Positions 1-8,809 of a stretch of DNA of 24,000 nucleotides are shown one piece after another. A model generated the notes under the pieces. That model made no database searches. It was not told the origin of the DNA and was given only the letters and a program-made list of their open reading frames with translations. The stretch is taken from assembly GCA_039000375.1 (NCBI GenBank), contig JAWBTS010000005.1, forward strand, positions 1,149 through 25,148, written 5' to 3'. This DNA comes from Candidatus Aenigmatarchaeota archaeon. GTDB taxonomy: Archaea > Aenigmatarchaeota > Aenigmatarchaeia > GW2011-AR5 > JAHLMP01. Every line of letters starts with the position of its first letter. Positions within the stretch are counted from its first letter, which is position 1. The translations under genes and the position numbers were made by a program.

Positions 1-2061
1 AAATATAATGCATCTTCAGAAAACTATCGCGAAGAGATATTAAATGTTGTTATAGGACAAGATACTACACCTCCTTCAGCCATTATCTATGGAATAAATG
101 ATACAAATCTCACAAGAGGAGAGTCATTAAAGATCTATGCTCAATGGAATGAAGAGATAAGCGAAGCAAAGGTATTTTATAACAAAACAAGCTTGTTGAT
201 TAATGAAACTATTCCAGGACCTTATACAAACAATTGGACAAACTATACATTAACTACAGGAAACGATTGGTGGCTTGGAATTCATGGAGTAAGAATTGTT
301 GCTAATGATACAAGTGGTAATATAAACAATACGTTACCTTTCCTAACATTTGAGCTCTGGGGAAGAAGCGTTGTGGAGTGGTATTCCCCTACTGGGAGCG
401 TTGGAAGAGGTATTATAACTTTAAGATGTTTAGTAAAAGATAAAGATACTAATGATGCTATAGAGAATTATCTTGTATTATTCTATAATTCTACACATTA
501 TCTAGGAACAAATTACACAAATGCTAGTGGAATAGCAAGCTTTACTGTAAATACATCTAATTATACTCTTGGAGCTCATAACTTCTATTGCGTAATAGGT
601 AATGATGGATCAAAGTATTACATAGCAAATGTAACACAAGCTAGTGCATCATTATTATTATATGAAACTAGAGTAATAAGAATAAGGGCTTTGAAAGAGA
701 GTAATGAAATAGATAATGATGTTAATATAAAAGTTTGGAAAAACGGAGAGATTATAAACTCTACACAAGGAAATATGGATATAGAGCTAACACTCCAAGA
801 TAAATATAATATTACATTTGAAAAGAATTGCACAAACTTAACTTATGTTATAATAAGAGATTTCAACGCTACTGGACATAATCTTTCTTCTCAAATAGTT
901 TGTAACTACACTGGCTATAAGCCAAGTGGTATAGAAATAGCTACTCCAATATTTGCACTAAATGCTACCGAACTAATATTTAAAAATGCGACACTATCCT
1001 TGCCTTTAATAAAAGCTCCTAATTATGTGTTGCATTGCACAAACTGGAGCTTTGAGACAATGAACTGTAGCAATTGGAGTATAATAAATAAAAATGAATT
1101 CGTTGATTATTACGAAAATGCTACTCATATGAGATTTACTGTTACTTCCTTCCAAGCTTATGGAGGAGGCTCTGAGCTTCCAGATTTGATTGTAAATAGC
1201 ATAACCTTCAATGCTACGAATGCAAAAGAGAATGAAGAGCTGCAAGTTAGAGTAAATGTTAGCAATGAAGGCTCTGGAAGTGTTACTAACGCTAACTTAA
1301 CACTTAAAATATCTTTGTGGAACGGTAGCTCTTGGATTAATGAAACCTCTCAATCCCAACTTGTAAATCTAAGTGTTAATGAAGCTAAGATTATAAACTT
1401 CACTTGGATTGCAAAGCCAGGAACATGGAGGTTTAACGCTACAATAGATCCTAATAATGAGATAGAAGAAACAAATGAAAGCAATAATGAAAAGCTTGAG
1501 AATTATACTGTAAGCGGTTGGCATATATTCTATGGAAAGGTAAACTCAACAATCGTTTTGACTAGTAGCGAGGGAATAAACTTTACTAGATGGATTCCTT
1601 CAATAATAAATGGCACTTTATATTTTGCGGATTATGACTCTTCTTTCTCATTCTCAAATCTTAAAGCATTGAATGGAACAAACGATTTAAATGAAGCTGA
1701 TATCGCTCTTCATATGAATGGCTTCAACGATTCTATAAAAAGACTTTTTGATGCAAACAATGATAATCAACCTGATGCAACAGCATGCTTTATAGTAAAT
1801 GCTCAGCAACTATGCAACGTTCCTATAATAAACTCTACCGATAACAACTATGGAAACTTTGTTACTGGTATTTTGTGGGATAGTGGCGATGGTGGCTCTG
1901 AATACAATGGTACGCAAGACTTAATATTTATAACAAAAATAAATCAAAACAAGCAAGGTAGTTATGGAGTTTATGATTATGAGATTAGAGTACCAGCATA
2001 TCTAAGAGAATTGAAAGGAGAAAATAATCTTGTTTCTATTTATATTGAAATTATAGATTAA
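1..2061 (+). CDS. Secreted surface glycoprotein, 5'-truncated by the window edge, with a CARDB-like domain
   Basis: Frame 1 is open from base 1, so the tracked TTG start at 193 is probably internal. I count 41 N-x-S/T sequons in the 622 tracked residues. Residues about 330-440 (nt about 1180-1512) read PDLIVNSITF...VRVNVSNEGSG...ATIDPNNEIEETNESNN, a CARDB-type pattern. TAA stop. Confidence 0.8.
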   Translation, partial: KYNASSENYREEILNVVIGQDTTPPSAIIYGINDTNLTRGESLKIYAQWNEEISEAKVFYNKTSLLINETIPGPYTNNWTNYTLTTGNDWWLGIHGVRIVANDTSGNINNTLPFLTFELWGRSVVEWYSPTGSVGRGIITLRCLVKDKDTNDAIENYLVLFYNSTHYLGTNYTNASGIASFTVNTSNYTLGAHNFYCVIGNDGSKYYIANVTQASASLLLYETRVIRIRALKESNEIDNDVNIKVWKNGEIINSTQGNMDIELTLQDKYNITFEKNCTNLTYVIIRDFNATGHNLSSQIVCNYTGYKPSGIEIATPIFALNATELIFKNATLSLPLIKAPNYVLHCTNWSFETMNCSNWSIINKNEFVDYYENATHMRFTVTSFQAYGGGSELPDLIVNSITFNATNAKENEELQVRVNVSNEGSGSVTNANLTLKISLWNGSSWINETSQSQLVNLSVNEAKIINFTWIAKPGTWRFNATIDPNNEIEETNESNNEKLENYTVSGWHIFYGKVNSTIVLTSSEGINFTRWIPSIINGTLYFADYDSSFSFSNLKALNGTNDLNEADIALHMNGFNDSIKRLFDANNDNQPDATACFIVNAQQLCNVPIINSTDNNYGNFVTGILWDSGDGGSEYNGTQDLIFITKINQNKQGSYGVYDYEIRVPAYLRELKGENNLVSIYIEIID

Positions 2062-2081
2062 AATCTGCATTAAAATAGATT

Positions 2082-2849
2082 TTATCTTATAAAAATGCTC
2101 TTTATTCTCTCGAGAAATCCTTTCTTCTCTTCTAAAAATACCTCGCCAGTTATTGTGCTACATATCTTATTTATAGCTTTACTTACTTTAGATTTAGGAA
2201 ACAACTCTACAAATGTTTTTTTAGATGCCAATGCAATTAATACACTTTTATCAAAAGGTATTTCTCCTATTACTGGAACGTTTACAAAGCGCTCTATCTC
2301 AAATGCTGAAAGCTCATAAGGTTTTCTACGAACCATATTTAAAACAAGGCCAAGGGATGTTATCATGAGCTCACTACAAAGCTCAGAAACTCTTATTATG
2401 TCTATTGCACTAGGTGTTAGAGGATTTGTTATAAATAGAACCTCCTTGCTAGCTTTTATAGCTTCTACAGCCTCTTTTCCAAGCCCAGGAGCTGTATCTA
2501 AAAGTATAAAATCATAACCAAGCAAGCTAAGCTTTTCTATCAAAGAAGATAATCTACTCATCTCTACATTTTCTAAGCTTCTTGGAGATACAGCAGAAAG
2601 CAATAGATCAAAATTTTCTATATAGGTATAAGGTTCAAAGCTTACGTTTTCGTTTCTTAGCATGTCATTTAGCATCACATTTGCTTTAGTAACGCCTAAT
2701 GATAATCCAATGTGAGATGTTGTTATGTTTCCATCAATTAATAATGTCCTTTTTTTAAAGTTCTTTGCAAGCGCATAAGCTAAGTTTATAGAAAGCGTTG
2801 TTTTTCCAACGCCTCCCTTTCCAGATACTATAGAGATTACACGGGTCAT
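2082..2849 (-). CDS. MinD/ParA-family P-loop ATPase
   Basis: N-terminal deviant Walker A SGKGGVGKTT, LIDGN and Walker-B-like FILLDTAPG. 255 aa is typical of archaeal MinD-like proteins. Divergent from the pilus platform genes. Confidence 0.85.
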   Translation of the reverse strand: MTRVISIVSGKGGVGKTTLSINLAYALAKNFKKRTLLIDGNITTSHIGLSLGVTKANVMLNDMLRNENVSFEPYTYIENFDLLLSAVSPRSLENVEMSRLSSLIEKLSLLGYDFILLDTAPGLGKEAVEAIKASKEVLFITNPLTPSAIDIIRVSELCSELMITSLGLVLNMVRRKPYELSAFEIERFVNVPVIGEIPFDKSVLIALASKKTFVELFPKSKVSKAINKICSTITGEVFLEEKKGFLERIKSIFIR

Positions 2850-2933
2850 ACAATTATTATTTTCTTTTTAAAAATATAAAAAACTCATTTAAGAGAAAAG
2901 AGATAAATAGTAATTAAAACATAATTTAAATGT

Positions 2934-3788
2934 ATGACAAGCTATTCAAAGTTTTGCTATAAGCACTTTGGAAGTCTAATAAAGCCTTTGAGAAAGTACT
3001 TCCTAGATGTTAAAACAGATCTTAAAATAGCTCACTTAGCATTTACCTTAGATGAGTATCTTTCAATGGCATTCTTTACAACTCTTATAACTTTTATGCT
3101 TGAGACAATAATCCTTTCATTTATTTTTGGATTATTTTTCGATGTCTTTGTTTCAGTTTCTCTCGCAACAACGCTATCCTTTGGAATAAGTGGTATAGTT
3201 TTCTTTTTCTTTTATTCATATCCTAGAGTTTTAAGCAAGAAGAAGGAAGATGAGATAGATAAGAAACTACCTTTCGCAACATCTTATATGGCAGCCCTTT
3301 CAGCAGGAAAGGCATTACCATTATTTATATTTAGCACTATTGCAAGGTTTAAAGAGTTTGGAGAGGTTGCAAAAACTGCGAGTAATATTAGTAGAAATAT
3401 AACATTCTTTGGAATGAATTCTGTCGAAGCTATGAGAAAGGAAGCTTCTGAAACACCATCAAAAAATTTTCGCGAACTTCTTTGGGGAATGGCGACCTCT
3501 GTTGCAAGCGGCACTGATTTAGCGATATTTCTTAGAGAAAAGGCAGATTTGCTCATGAGCGAATATAGAAGAAAGATTGTTCGCTTTTCTCAAGAGCTTT
3601 CAATGTATATAGAAATATATTTAACGCTTGTTATAGCCGGCTCTATAATGTTTACTGTTTTAACTGCTGTAATGGCAGGCGCTGGATTAGATGTAATAAT
3701 TATTCAATTCTTTATAATATTTATTTTACTTCCTTTTACTTCGATTGCTTTTATTTTATTGGTTAAGATGAGATCCCCAACAGGATAA
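2934..3788 (+). CDS. Type IV pilus/archaellum platform protein, half-size (T2SSF domain; FlaJ/TadB/EpdJ-like)
   Basis: Polytopic membrane protein. A cytoplasmic segment LPFATSYMAALSAGKALP...GMNSVEAMRKEASETPSKNFRELLWGMATSVASGTDLAIFL matches the T2SSF/FlaJ domain pattern. Confidence 0.75.
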   Translation: MTSYSKFCYKHFGSLIKPLRKYFLDVKTDLKIAHLAFTLDEYLSMAFFTTLITFMLETIILSFIFGLFFDVFVSVSLATTLSFGISGIVFFFFYSYPRVLSKKKEDEIDKKLPFATSYMAALSAGKALPLFIFSTIARFKEFGEVAKTASNISRNITFFGMNSVEAMRKEASETPSKNFRELLWGMATSVASGTDLAIFLREKADLLMSEYRRKIVRFSQELSMYIEIYLTLVIAGSIMFTVLTAVMAGAGLDVIIIQFFIIFILLPFTSIAFILLVKMRSPTG

Positions 3789-3806
3789 TTATCAAGTGAA
3801 ATTAAA

Positions 3807-4757
3807 ATGAAAGGAAAAAAATTGGAGTTGAATGAAAAAAGCATATTGCTTATATCTTCGATTCTATTCTTCATAATTCTAATCTTGGCAAGCTTTACCT
3901 ATCAAAACATAGCTTTGTTTGTTAACTTAATAATCATTGGAGTAATGGTAATAATACTTCCTTATTCAATATTTAAATTTATCAAGTTTCAGAACTTGAG
4001 AAACTGCGAGATGAATTTTCCTAATTTTCTAAGAGATATCGCTGCAGCAAAGAGAAGTGGGTTAACATTGATACAAGCTATAAAGACTTGTGCTGCTTCT
4101 GATTATGGAGCGCTAACACCACATGTTGTTAGATTAAATAATCAGCTTTCCTGGAACATTCCACTAAAAGATGCTTTAGAGAATTTTAGAAATAGGTTGA
4201 AAGATAGCCAAATAATTTCGCAATCAATCTTAGCTATTTCTCAGATAGAAGAATCAGGAGGAAAATCTGAAGATATACTTGACTCCTTAGCAGATAATGT
4301 AGAAGGAATAAAAGAAGCTGAGCTTGAGAAAAGCGCTTTAATGAGCCAGCATATAATGGCAGTCTATGCAATATTCTTCATATTCTTAGGAATTTCTATA
4401 GCTTTGATAGCTTTTTTGCTAAAGTTTCCGCAAATACCTGGAACAGAAGAATTGCCAGGCATACCATTTGGCCAAAATCCTTGTAAGATTTGTATAAACT
4501 CTATGTCTGATGCTTGTTCTCCATGCCATTTTTATTTTATTATTTGCGAAGCTTTTAAATTTGGAAAGAAGGAGAGTGCAAGATGTTATTACAATTCTAT
4601 ATTTTTACTTATGATTATTATAGAAGGAGTATTTTCAGGATTAATAGCTGGACAGATTGGCTCTAACTCTATAGCTGCAGGTTTAAAGCATTCGTTAATA
4701 ATGGGTATTTCAGGATTTTTAATATTTATTATAGCAGCTCAGATAGGCATAATTTAA
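3807..4757 (+). CDS. Second half-size platform protein (T2SSF domain; FlaJ/TadC/EpdK-like) with a Cys-rich insertion
   Basis: NFPNFLRDIAAAKRSGLTLIQAIK...WNIPLKDALENFRNRLKDSQIISQSILAISQIEESGGKSEDILDSLA is T2SSF-like and is flanked by TM segments. The start is preceded by AGTGA (SD-like). Confidence 0.75.
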   Translation: MKGKKLELNEKSILLISSILFFIILILASFTYQNIALFVNLIIIGVMVIILPYSIFKFIKFQNLRNCEMNFPNFLRDIAAAKRSGLTLIQAIKTCAASDYGALTPHVVRLNNQLSWNIPLKDALENFRNRLKDSQIISQSILAISQIEESGGKSEDILDSLADNVEGIKEAELEKSALMSQHIMAVYAIFFIFLGISIALIAFLLKFPQIPGTEELPGIPFGQNPCKICINSMSDACSPCHFYFIICEAFKFGKKESARCYYNSIFLLMIIIEGVFSGLIAGQIGSNSIAAGLKHSLIMGISGFLIFIIAAQIGII

Positions 4758-4775
4758 TCTTGGTGAATATATTAA

Positions 4776-5264
4776 ATGCCAAAACACAAGTCGCAAGTTC
4801 CAGTAGATTTCTTACTTTCTTTAGTTATATTTATAATAGTTTTGCTAATAATATCGAATTCAATAATACAAAATATTTTTTTAAAAGAAGAAAGAAAAGA
4901 TAGAGCGAGCGCTTTACTTCTAGGGTTTGCTATTTCAGAGCTTCTTCTTCACGATAAAGGAATTCCAAACGATTGGAATAATATCTACTATGCGAGACGC
5001 TTGGGCTTTGCAGAGGATTTTTATAAATTGAAAAGAGAAAAAGTTCTAGCGATAAATAATTGTAATCTCAATGATTACGAGAGAATAAAATCACTTCTAT
5101 CAATTCCAGCTAAGATGGATTTTAAAATTATTATCAAAAAAACAAATGAAGAGATTTTAGCAATATGCGGAAAAGATTATCCTTATAGAAAGTTTTTAGA
5201 AATAAAAAGGGTGTCTTCATTAGATAATGAAATAGTTTTACTAATAATTAGAGTATATTATTAG
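4776..5264 (+). CDS. Prepilin-like protein (class III signal peptide)
   Basis: N-terminus MPKHKSQVPVDFLLSLVIFIIVLLII: a short basic stretch, small residue plus Q, an acidic residue, then a hydrophobic helix, as in archaeal type IV pilins (QxSxEF-like). GGTGA SD upstream. Confidence 0.6.
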   Translation: MPKHKSQVPVDFLLSLVIFIIVLLIISNSIIQNIFLKEERKDRASALLLGFAISELLLHDKGIPNDWNNIYYARRLGFAEDFYKLKREKVLAINNCNLNDYERIKSLLSIPAKMDFKIIIKKTNEEILAICGKDYPYRKFLEIKRVSSLDNEIVLLIIRVYY

Positions 5265-5301
5265 ATTTGTTCGTAATATAGAGAATTAAAGAGGAAAAGA
5301 T

Positions 5302-6504
5302 ATGAAAAGAAAAAAAGGATTTATAAAGGTAATAGAAGTGATACTAGCATCGTTTCTCTTATTCTTTGTTCTAATTTTTATCTCACAATCAAAAGAGAAA
5401 AGGGAAGAATATGAGCTTTCTTTATTAGCAGTAATTGGTAGAGACGCCTTAGCATCTTTGGATAAAGCAGGTATTCTAAGAAATCTTGTTTTAAACAACG
5501 ATTTGAATGCACTTAGAAACGAAATTTATAAAATCATTCCTTCTAATGCAAGAGCTGAGATAGAGATTCTTCATCTTAATAAAAATGTAATAAAAATAGG
5601 ATGCAACTGTAGTTATGAAGAGAGAGAAAGGCTAAAGCGAATGCTTGCAACTAATTATCCAGAGGATGCTTTATTTTACTTTAGAGGGAAGAATATGAAG
5701 CTTGAAATCCTTGATATTAGTAGCTTAGATGAAATGAAAGATGCAAACGTTATAGCATTTTTTGGTTGTAGAGACCTCTCAAATTATTACAATTATCTTG
5801 ATGAAGGAAAATCTTTTTTAATGATTTCCACAGTCGCTTGTGAGAACAATTTATTCAATCTTACCCCAAAAATTGGAAGCGCAGAAAGTTTTATAATAAA
5901 TCAAAACTCGTTAGAATCTTTTAGAATAGGAGAATATTTTGTTGATACGGGAATTAATGTCTATAATAATTCTATCTTTTGGGTTAGAGAAAACTCTCAT
6001 GCACTAAACATCTATTTAGATAATAATAGCATACCTTATGTCACTTATGATAATAACGAGGCTCTTAGATATTACAAAGGAGATGTTATGATAATCGATA
6101 ATACTAGAATAAAAATAGATGACATAGTTATAGATTACTCTAAAGGTAGAGTTTTTGCCGAGATTAGAATAATCGATAGAAATTACGAGTTTTACTTTCA
6201 GCCTTATATGCTAGTAGATGCAAATGAAAAAAGTCTTTTGATAAGCTTTAATGGATATGCAGCATCTCAGCTGAATTATTATATATCTAGGTATGGGAAT
6301 GGAAAAACCGCATGGATTAATGATTATAGCGAAGAGAGAACAGATTTAAATCAGCTAATGAAAGCAATTATATTTTGGCTTAGCGAGAATATAGTATATA
6401 AAGAAGAAAAATTAAAGAATTACGTAACAGTTTATTATATTGTTTCTGGAAATTATGATTTCGAGCCGTATATGATAAAGATGAATCTTTGGTATATCTA
6501 CTAG
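5302..6504 (+). CDS. Large prepilin-like / pilus-associated protein
   Basis: N-terminus MKRKKGFIKVIEVILASFLLFFVLIF (KKG then F, a Glu a few residues in, then a hydrophobic helix). The remaining 370 aa are unrecognised. GAGGA SD upstream. Confidence 0.55.
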   Translation: MKRKKGFIKVIEVILASFLLFFVLIFISQSKEKREEYELSLLAVIGRDALASLDKAGILRNLVLNNDLNALRNEIYKIIPSNARAEIEILHLNKNVIKIGCNCSYEERERLKRMLATNYPEDALFYFRGKNMKLEILDISSLDEMKDANVIAFFGCRDLSNYYNYLDEGKSFLMISTVACENNLFNLTPKIGSAESFIINQNSLESFRIGEYFVDTGINVYNNSIFWVRENSHALNIYLDNNSIPYVTYDNNEALRYYKGDVMIIDNTRIKIDDIVIDYSKGRVFAEIRIIDRNYEFYFQPYMLVDANEKSLLISFNGYAASQLNYYISRYGNGKTAWINDYSEERTDLNQLMKAIIFWLSENIVYKEEKLKNYVTVYYIVSGNYDFEPYMIKMNLWYIY

Positions 6505-6568
6505 ATAAATATTTATGAAGAATTTTCGATGATAAAGCATTAAATATTAAACTCTAATTATTATTAGT

Positions 6569-7396
6569 ATGGCAAAAGCAGAGAAAGAAGTGAATGAATT
6601 TGAGTATAAAGAACCAATAAAAGGAAATAAATTTAGATTTAAACTTGTACCAATAGACAAATTTGTAGTTGTTTCTCATCAAAGAAAGCCAAGCGAATAT
6701 CATGTAAAGCATCTTGTATCTTCTATAGAAAGAATAGGATTTATAGTTCCTTTGATTGTTTATGAGGATAAGGAAAAAGACGAATTTGTTATTCTCGATG
6801 GTCAACATCGCTTTCTTGCTGCTCAGAGGGTTGGGATAAAGGAGCTTCCTGCAATTATAGTTCCTGAGAAGCTTGCAAAGCTAATGATGAATCTAAATAT
6901 AGAGAAAGAGCTTAATATTAGAGAAAAGTCCTTTGTTGCATTAAATATATATCGCGAGTACTTGAACACCTCGCCAGAAACTTACGAGAGTGATCCTATA
7001 ATTACAGATTCTATAGAAAATGCTTATTATGTTACATTGGGAATTGCATATGAAAAATTAGAAAAGTTCTCAGGAAGTTCTTTAGAGACAATAATGAAAA
7101 AATGCGATTTCTTTTTGGATGAAAAAATTAAGGATGCAATAAAAATTAGAGAGGAGAGAGCAGATAAGGTTATGGAAGCATTTTCTTTAATGAAATCCAT
7201 TGCACAAAAGATAAAGGAGCTTGGAGAATGGCATCCATTTGTTTATCAGCAGATAGTTTCTTTTGCAAACCCTTATAAGAGAAAGAGAACAATAGTAGAG
7301 TTCGACGAGTTATTTGCAAAGTTTATAGAAAATCTAAAGAAAGCCGAAAACAACCCAAGATTAGTATTAAAAGAGAAGCTTGAAGGTATGGAGTAA
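6569..7396 (+). CDS. ParB/Srx-fold (ParB-like nuclease, DGQHR motif) domain protein
   Basis: VVSHQRKPSEYHVKHLVSSIERIGFIVPLIVYE...FVILDGQHRFLAAQRVGIKELPAIIV matches the ParB N-terminal domain pattern. The C-terminal half is helical and unrecognised. Confidence 0.7.
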   Translation: MAKAEKEVNEFEYKEPIKGNKFRFKLVPIDKFVVVSHQRKPSEYHVKHLVSSIERIGFIVPLIVYEDKEKDEFVILDGQHRFLAAQRVGIKELPAIIVPEKLAKLMMNLNIEKELNIREKSFVALNIYREYLNTSPETYESDPIITDSIENAYYVTLGIAYEKLEKFSGSSLETIMKKCDFFLDEKIKDAIKIREERADKVMEAFSLMKSIAQKIKELGEWHPFVYQQIVSFANPYKRKRTIVEFDELFAKFIENLKKAENNPRLVLKEKLEGME

Positions 7397-7457
7397 TTTT
7401 GTGAAAATCAAAGGAATGAATAATATTTAAAAATCTTTTGAATTATTATGGATATAT

Positions 7458-7613
7458 ATGCATAAAAACTTCTTTTTAATTTTACTTGGAATCATAACCT
7501 TGATATTGGTAATAGGGATGGTATTTCTGGTTAGAGAAGTTACTCCAAAAGGCGGAAAGCAAGTATTTGAGGAGGTTAGTATAACACCAGAAAACATTCT
7601 TAAAATTAAGTGA
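7458..7613 (+). CDS. 51-codon signal-anchor segment ending at an in-frame TGA; likely the true N-terminus of the 7710-8450 gene
   Basis: ATG at 7458 gives MHKNFFLILLGIITLILVIGMVFLVREVTPKGGK..ILKIK then TGA at 7611-7613. It is in the same frame as 7710-8450, with no further stop between them. Not in the ORF track because it is too short. Confidence 0.45.
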   Translation: MHKNFFLILLGIITLILVIGMVFLVREVTPKGGKQVFEEVSITPENILKIK

Positions 7614-7709
7614 ATTGGATTTAAAAAGGAAGCTTGGGCAGAATACAAAATTGAAGGTTATGGAATAGAAATTGAAGATAAAAGTAGAACTGAAAAGATT
7701 GGAAAATTA

Positions 7710-8450
7710 TTGGTGAAACTTGTTTCTCTGCCAATTGAAGGCAAAGAATATATTGGAATTGAATTAGATGGGAAAGAAGGAAGCGGGATTGAGGGTTATT
7801 CGTTTGCGAGATTATTCAATCCACAAACAAATGAGTCAATTTATCTAATAAAATCAACCGGAAGTCCGACAGTTTGCTTAAAGCAATTACCACCAACTGC
7901 TGGTGGCTTACCTTATGAAGAGTTTTCCACCAAAAATTTAGAAAATGAATATATTGTTGAAACCTCAGAATGGAATTTCCTAGGTAAAGAAAATATAACC
8001 TTGCAATCTGGAAAGAAAATCGAGGTATATAAATTTAGAAGAGAAACTACTTTTGAAGGTAATAAAATTGTCAATGAACTTTGGCTCTCAGGAGAAGTTC
8101 CAACTTATCTTGTATTAGATAGTGAAACCATTGGTGATAAAAGAAGGGTGACTAATTTAACTAATTTTGGAATGGATGGCGGACTTCCAAACTTTAGTGA
8201 TAACGATCTTAAAGCTTGCAGCGAGGGAGTTCCAGAAATTCCTGGTCTTCCTAAAGAAGCAGCAAAAATGTATTGTCAAACTGACGAAGATTGTGCTTGT
8301 GGAGTTGATAAGGAAACAGGTAAATGTGCTATTGGAAATAAAAGATATATTGATACATCGAGGCAATGTCCAGATTTTTGCACTGGTATTGCTGGTCACT
8401 TAGGAATAAAGTGCGTTAATAATATTTGTATGGCAATTCCTATCCAATAA
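7710..8450 (+). CDS. Extracellular-type protein with a Cys-rich C-terminal module; no signal peptide as tracked
   Basis: 246-aa ORF with a TTG start in the track. The C-terminus CQTDEDCACGVDKETGKCAIGNKRYIDTSRQCPDFCTGIAGHLGIKCVNNICM is Cys-rich. The frame is open upstream to the TGA at 7611. Confidence 0.7.
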   Translation: MVKLVSLPIEGKEYIGIELDGKEGSGIEGYSFARLFNPQTNESIYLIKSTGSPTVCLKQLPPTAGGLPYEEFSTKNLENEYIVETSEWNFLGKENITLQSGKKIEVYKFRRETTFEGNKIVNELWLSGEVPTYLVLDSETIGDKRRVTNLTNFGMDGGLPNFSDNDLKACSEGVPEIPGLPKEAAKMYCQTDEDCACGVDKETGKCAIGNKRYIDTSRQCPDFCTGIAGHLGIKCVNNICMAIPIQ

Positions 8451-8494
8451 TATTTTAATCAAAAGTTATCGAATTAATCTTTTAAAGTTCCTTA

Positions 8495-8809
8495 ATGGAA
8501 AATTTTGTTTTACGAGAATTGTTGTCTCTCGAGAACTGGAAATTAAATTATTGGAGAACTACTGGAAAGTCTGAAATAGATTTTGTTTTAAGAAAGGAGG
8601 ATATTATAATTCCAGTTGAAGTTAAACTAAGTGGAGAAAAGTTAGGGAAAAGTTTTTATAGTTTTTTAAATTCCTATAAACCAGAAAAAGCAATTGTAGT
8701 AACTTTGGATAAGTTTAAAAAAGAAAAGGTTGGAAAAACCATAGTTTATTGGGTTCCTATATTTATTTTTAAAGAATCCTCAGAAAGTTTGGCTCTATAT
8801 CGCTTATAA
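8495..8809 (+). pseudogene. C-terminal remnant of an AAA+ ATPase of the AAA_14/DUF4143 family
   Basis: ENFVLRELL...WKLNYWRTTGKSEIDFVL...IIPVEVK is the DUF4143 C-terminal nuclease-like module. The roughly 300-aa ATPase part is absent, with a stop 4 codons upstream of the ATG. Confidence 0.6.

Noticed and set aside
7611-7613. Genome-wide UGA reassignment or selenocysteine as the explanation for the in-frame TGA
   Set aside because: TGA closes at least seven other credible genes here, including the YvcK-like, LAGLIDADG-like, 9666, 10933, 16905 and 21663 genes, mostly with a backup TAA within a few codons. TGA is therefore a normal stop. The K-I-K-x-I-G context shows no redox motif, and I see no SECIS-like element, so Sec is unsupported.
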